In this document: positions 8,133 through 9,967 of the stretch, piece after piece | How positions within the stretch are numbered: the first letter of the stretch is position 1 | How the letters are laid out: every line of letters starts with the position of its first letter | From: Fonticula alba ATCC 38817 | Taxonomy: Eukaryota; Protista; Nucleariida | Assembly (NCBI GenBank): GCA_000388065.2 | Contig: KB932206.1 | Direction: 5' to 3' (one strand) | Length of the DNA: 9,967 nucleotides | Translations under genes and position numbers: made by a program | The notes under the pieces: model-generated | Database searches by the model: none | Told to the model about the DNA's origin: nothing | The model's input: the letters and a program-made list of their open reading frames with translations, nothing else

Positions 8133-9022
8133 NNNNNNNNNNNNNNNNNNNNNNNNNNNNNNNNNNNNNNNNNNNNNNNNNNNNNNNNNNNNNNNNNNNN
8201 NNNNNNNNNNNNNNNNNNNNNNNNNNNNNNNNNNNNNNNNNNNNNNNNNNNNNNNNNNNNNNNNNNNNNNNNNNNNNNNNNNNNNNNNNNNNNNNNNNNN
8301 NNNNNNNNNNNNNNNNNNNNNNNNNNNNNNNNNNNNNNNNNNNNNNNNNNNNNNNNNNNNNNNNNNNNNNNNNNNNNNNNNNNNNNNNNNNNNNNNNNNN
8401 NNNNNNNNNNNNNNNNNNNNNNNNNNNNNNNNNNNNNNNNNNNNNNNNNNNNNNNNNNNNNNNNNNNNNNNNNNNNNNNNNNNNNNNNNNNNNNNNNNNN
8501 NNNNNNNNNNNNNNNNNNNNNNNNNNNNNNNNNNNNNNNNNNNNNNNNNNNNNNNNNNNNNNNNNNNNNNNNNNNNNNNNNNNNNNNNNNNNNNNNNNNN
8601 NNNNNNNNNNNNNNNNNNNNNNNNNNNNNNNNNNNNNNNNNNNNNNNNNNNNNNNNNNNNNNNNNNNNNNNNNNNNNNNNNNNNNNNNNNNNNNNNNNNN
8701 NNNNNNNNNNNNNNNNNNNNNNNNNNNNNNNNNNNNNNNNNNNNNNNNNNNNNNNNNNNNNNNNNNNNNNNNNNNNNNNNNNNNNNNNNNNNNNNNNNNN
8801 NNNNNNNNNNNNNNNNNNNNNNNNNNNNNNNNNNNNNNNNNNNNNNNNNNNNNNNNNNNNNNNNNNNNNNNNNNNNNNNNNNNNNNNNNNNNNNNNNNNN
8901 NNNNNNNNNNNNNNNNNNNNNNNNNNNNNNNNNNNNNNNNNNNNNNNNNNNNNNNNNNNNNNNNNNNNNNNNNNNNNNNNNNNNNNNNNNNNNNNNNNNN
9001 NNNNNNNNNNNNNNNNNNNNNN
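8133..9022. other. Assembly gap (890 N)
   Basis: N run; sequence resumes inside the actin CDS. Confidence 0.99.
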
Positions 9023-9205
<183 letters not shown>

Positions 9206-9858
9206 GCGCCTAGTTCCCCACGCTCGGAGCCACTGCTGCGCGGGTGTGCCGGTGACCGGTGCTTTCGCCCGATCCCCGGCGCCGGGTCGCGCCGCTGCCG
9301 CCGCCGCCGCCGCTGCCTGACGGGGGCCGAGCGCATTCCCCCATCCTCTCTTGCTCTCTCTCTTGAGGCTTGGATGGCCATGCCTGCCTCCTTCTGCTCT
9401 CCATACACGCGCGCGCGCGCGGGGCACCCTCGGCGCAATCCCTCGCCCCCCCCTTCTCTCTTCCCTGAGTGTTCAATACATCACTACTCTCTCTCTCTCT
9501 TCCCTTTGTCCTTGCTCTCTTCCTGGTTTCCCCCCCCCCATGTCTTCCCTCTTGCTTTTCCCTTCTCCGCACCTCCTCCACACACACACACCCCGGCTGC
9601 AGGTGTACACACGCCTCTCAGAGGGCCCAGGACGCCCCGCTGGCAGGCATGCGCGCGAGCGTCCGGCCTCCCTCCCCCCCCCCCAGCCCCCTGTGGCAGA
9701 GTGTCGCGCGTTCGCGGGCAGACGGGCGCCTTGTGTCAGGGCGGCGCGCGCAGGGCGGGGGAGCGTCGTACTGTGTGTGGGCACACACAGAGCGACAATG
9801 CGATTGGCCGCCACGCATGCGCGCACCGGTGGGAGGGGTGGTAGATGGAGGGGGCTGA

Positions 9859-9896
9859 GGGGGGGGGGGGGGGCGACGGGGGGGGGGGGGGGGGGG
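9859..9896 (+). repeat. Paired poly-G tracts (G15-CGAC-G19)
   Basis: Direct reading; located just before the 65-bp duplicated segment. Confidence 0.9.
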
Positions 9897-9902
9897 AGCC
9901 AC

Positions 9903-9967
9903 CCCTTTGTCGGAGCCACCCCATGTCTGCAAGGCAGAGGGGGGCGCGCCCCATACGCGCCAGGCCC
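9903..9967 (+). repeat. 65-bp exact direct repeat, copy 2 (identical to 5169-5233); end of window
   Basis: Base-for-base identity with 5169-5233. Confidence 0.97.

Overview
GC-rich, intron-containing eukaryotic scaffold with four N-gaps (1125-1477, 3274-3559, 4308-5168, 8133-9022; 2390 N in total). It contains (i) the probable last exon of an unidentified + strand gene (26-124); (ii) a conventional actin gene seen as two pieces, a TATA-preceded 5' end (4207-4307) and a 3' end (9023-9205); and (iii) the first four exons of a mitochondrial TIM50 gene (6903-7972), with a presequence, one TM helix and a degenerate FCP1-like phosphatase motif. The main structural observation is that the last 65 bases of the window (9903-9967) are identical to the first 65 bases after the third gap (5169-5233). 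The most economical reading is a mis-ordered scaffold whose true order is actin 5' - missing ~844-nt core - actin 3' - intergenic - TIM50. A real actin/TIM50 tandem duplication cannot be excluded without reads. Most long ORFs in the supplied track are artefacts of high GC, homopolymers and N read-through. The MCKAG-type actin and CTGAC branch point would fit an amorphean protist (inference only). I found no convincing evidence for a novel biological system. The remaining findings are assembly, regulatory and low-complexity observations of modest interest.
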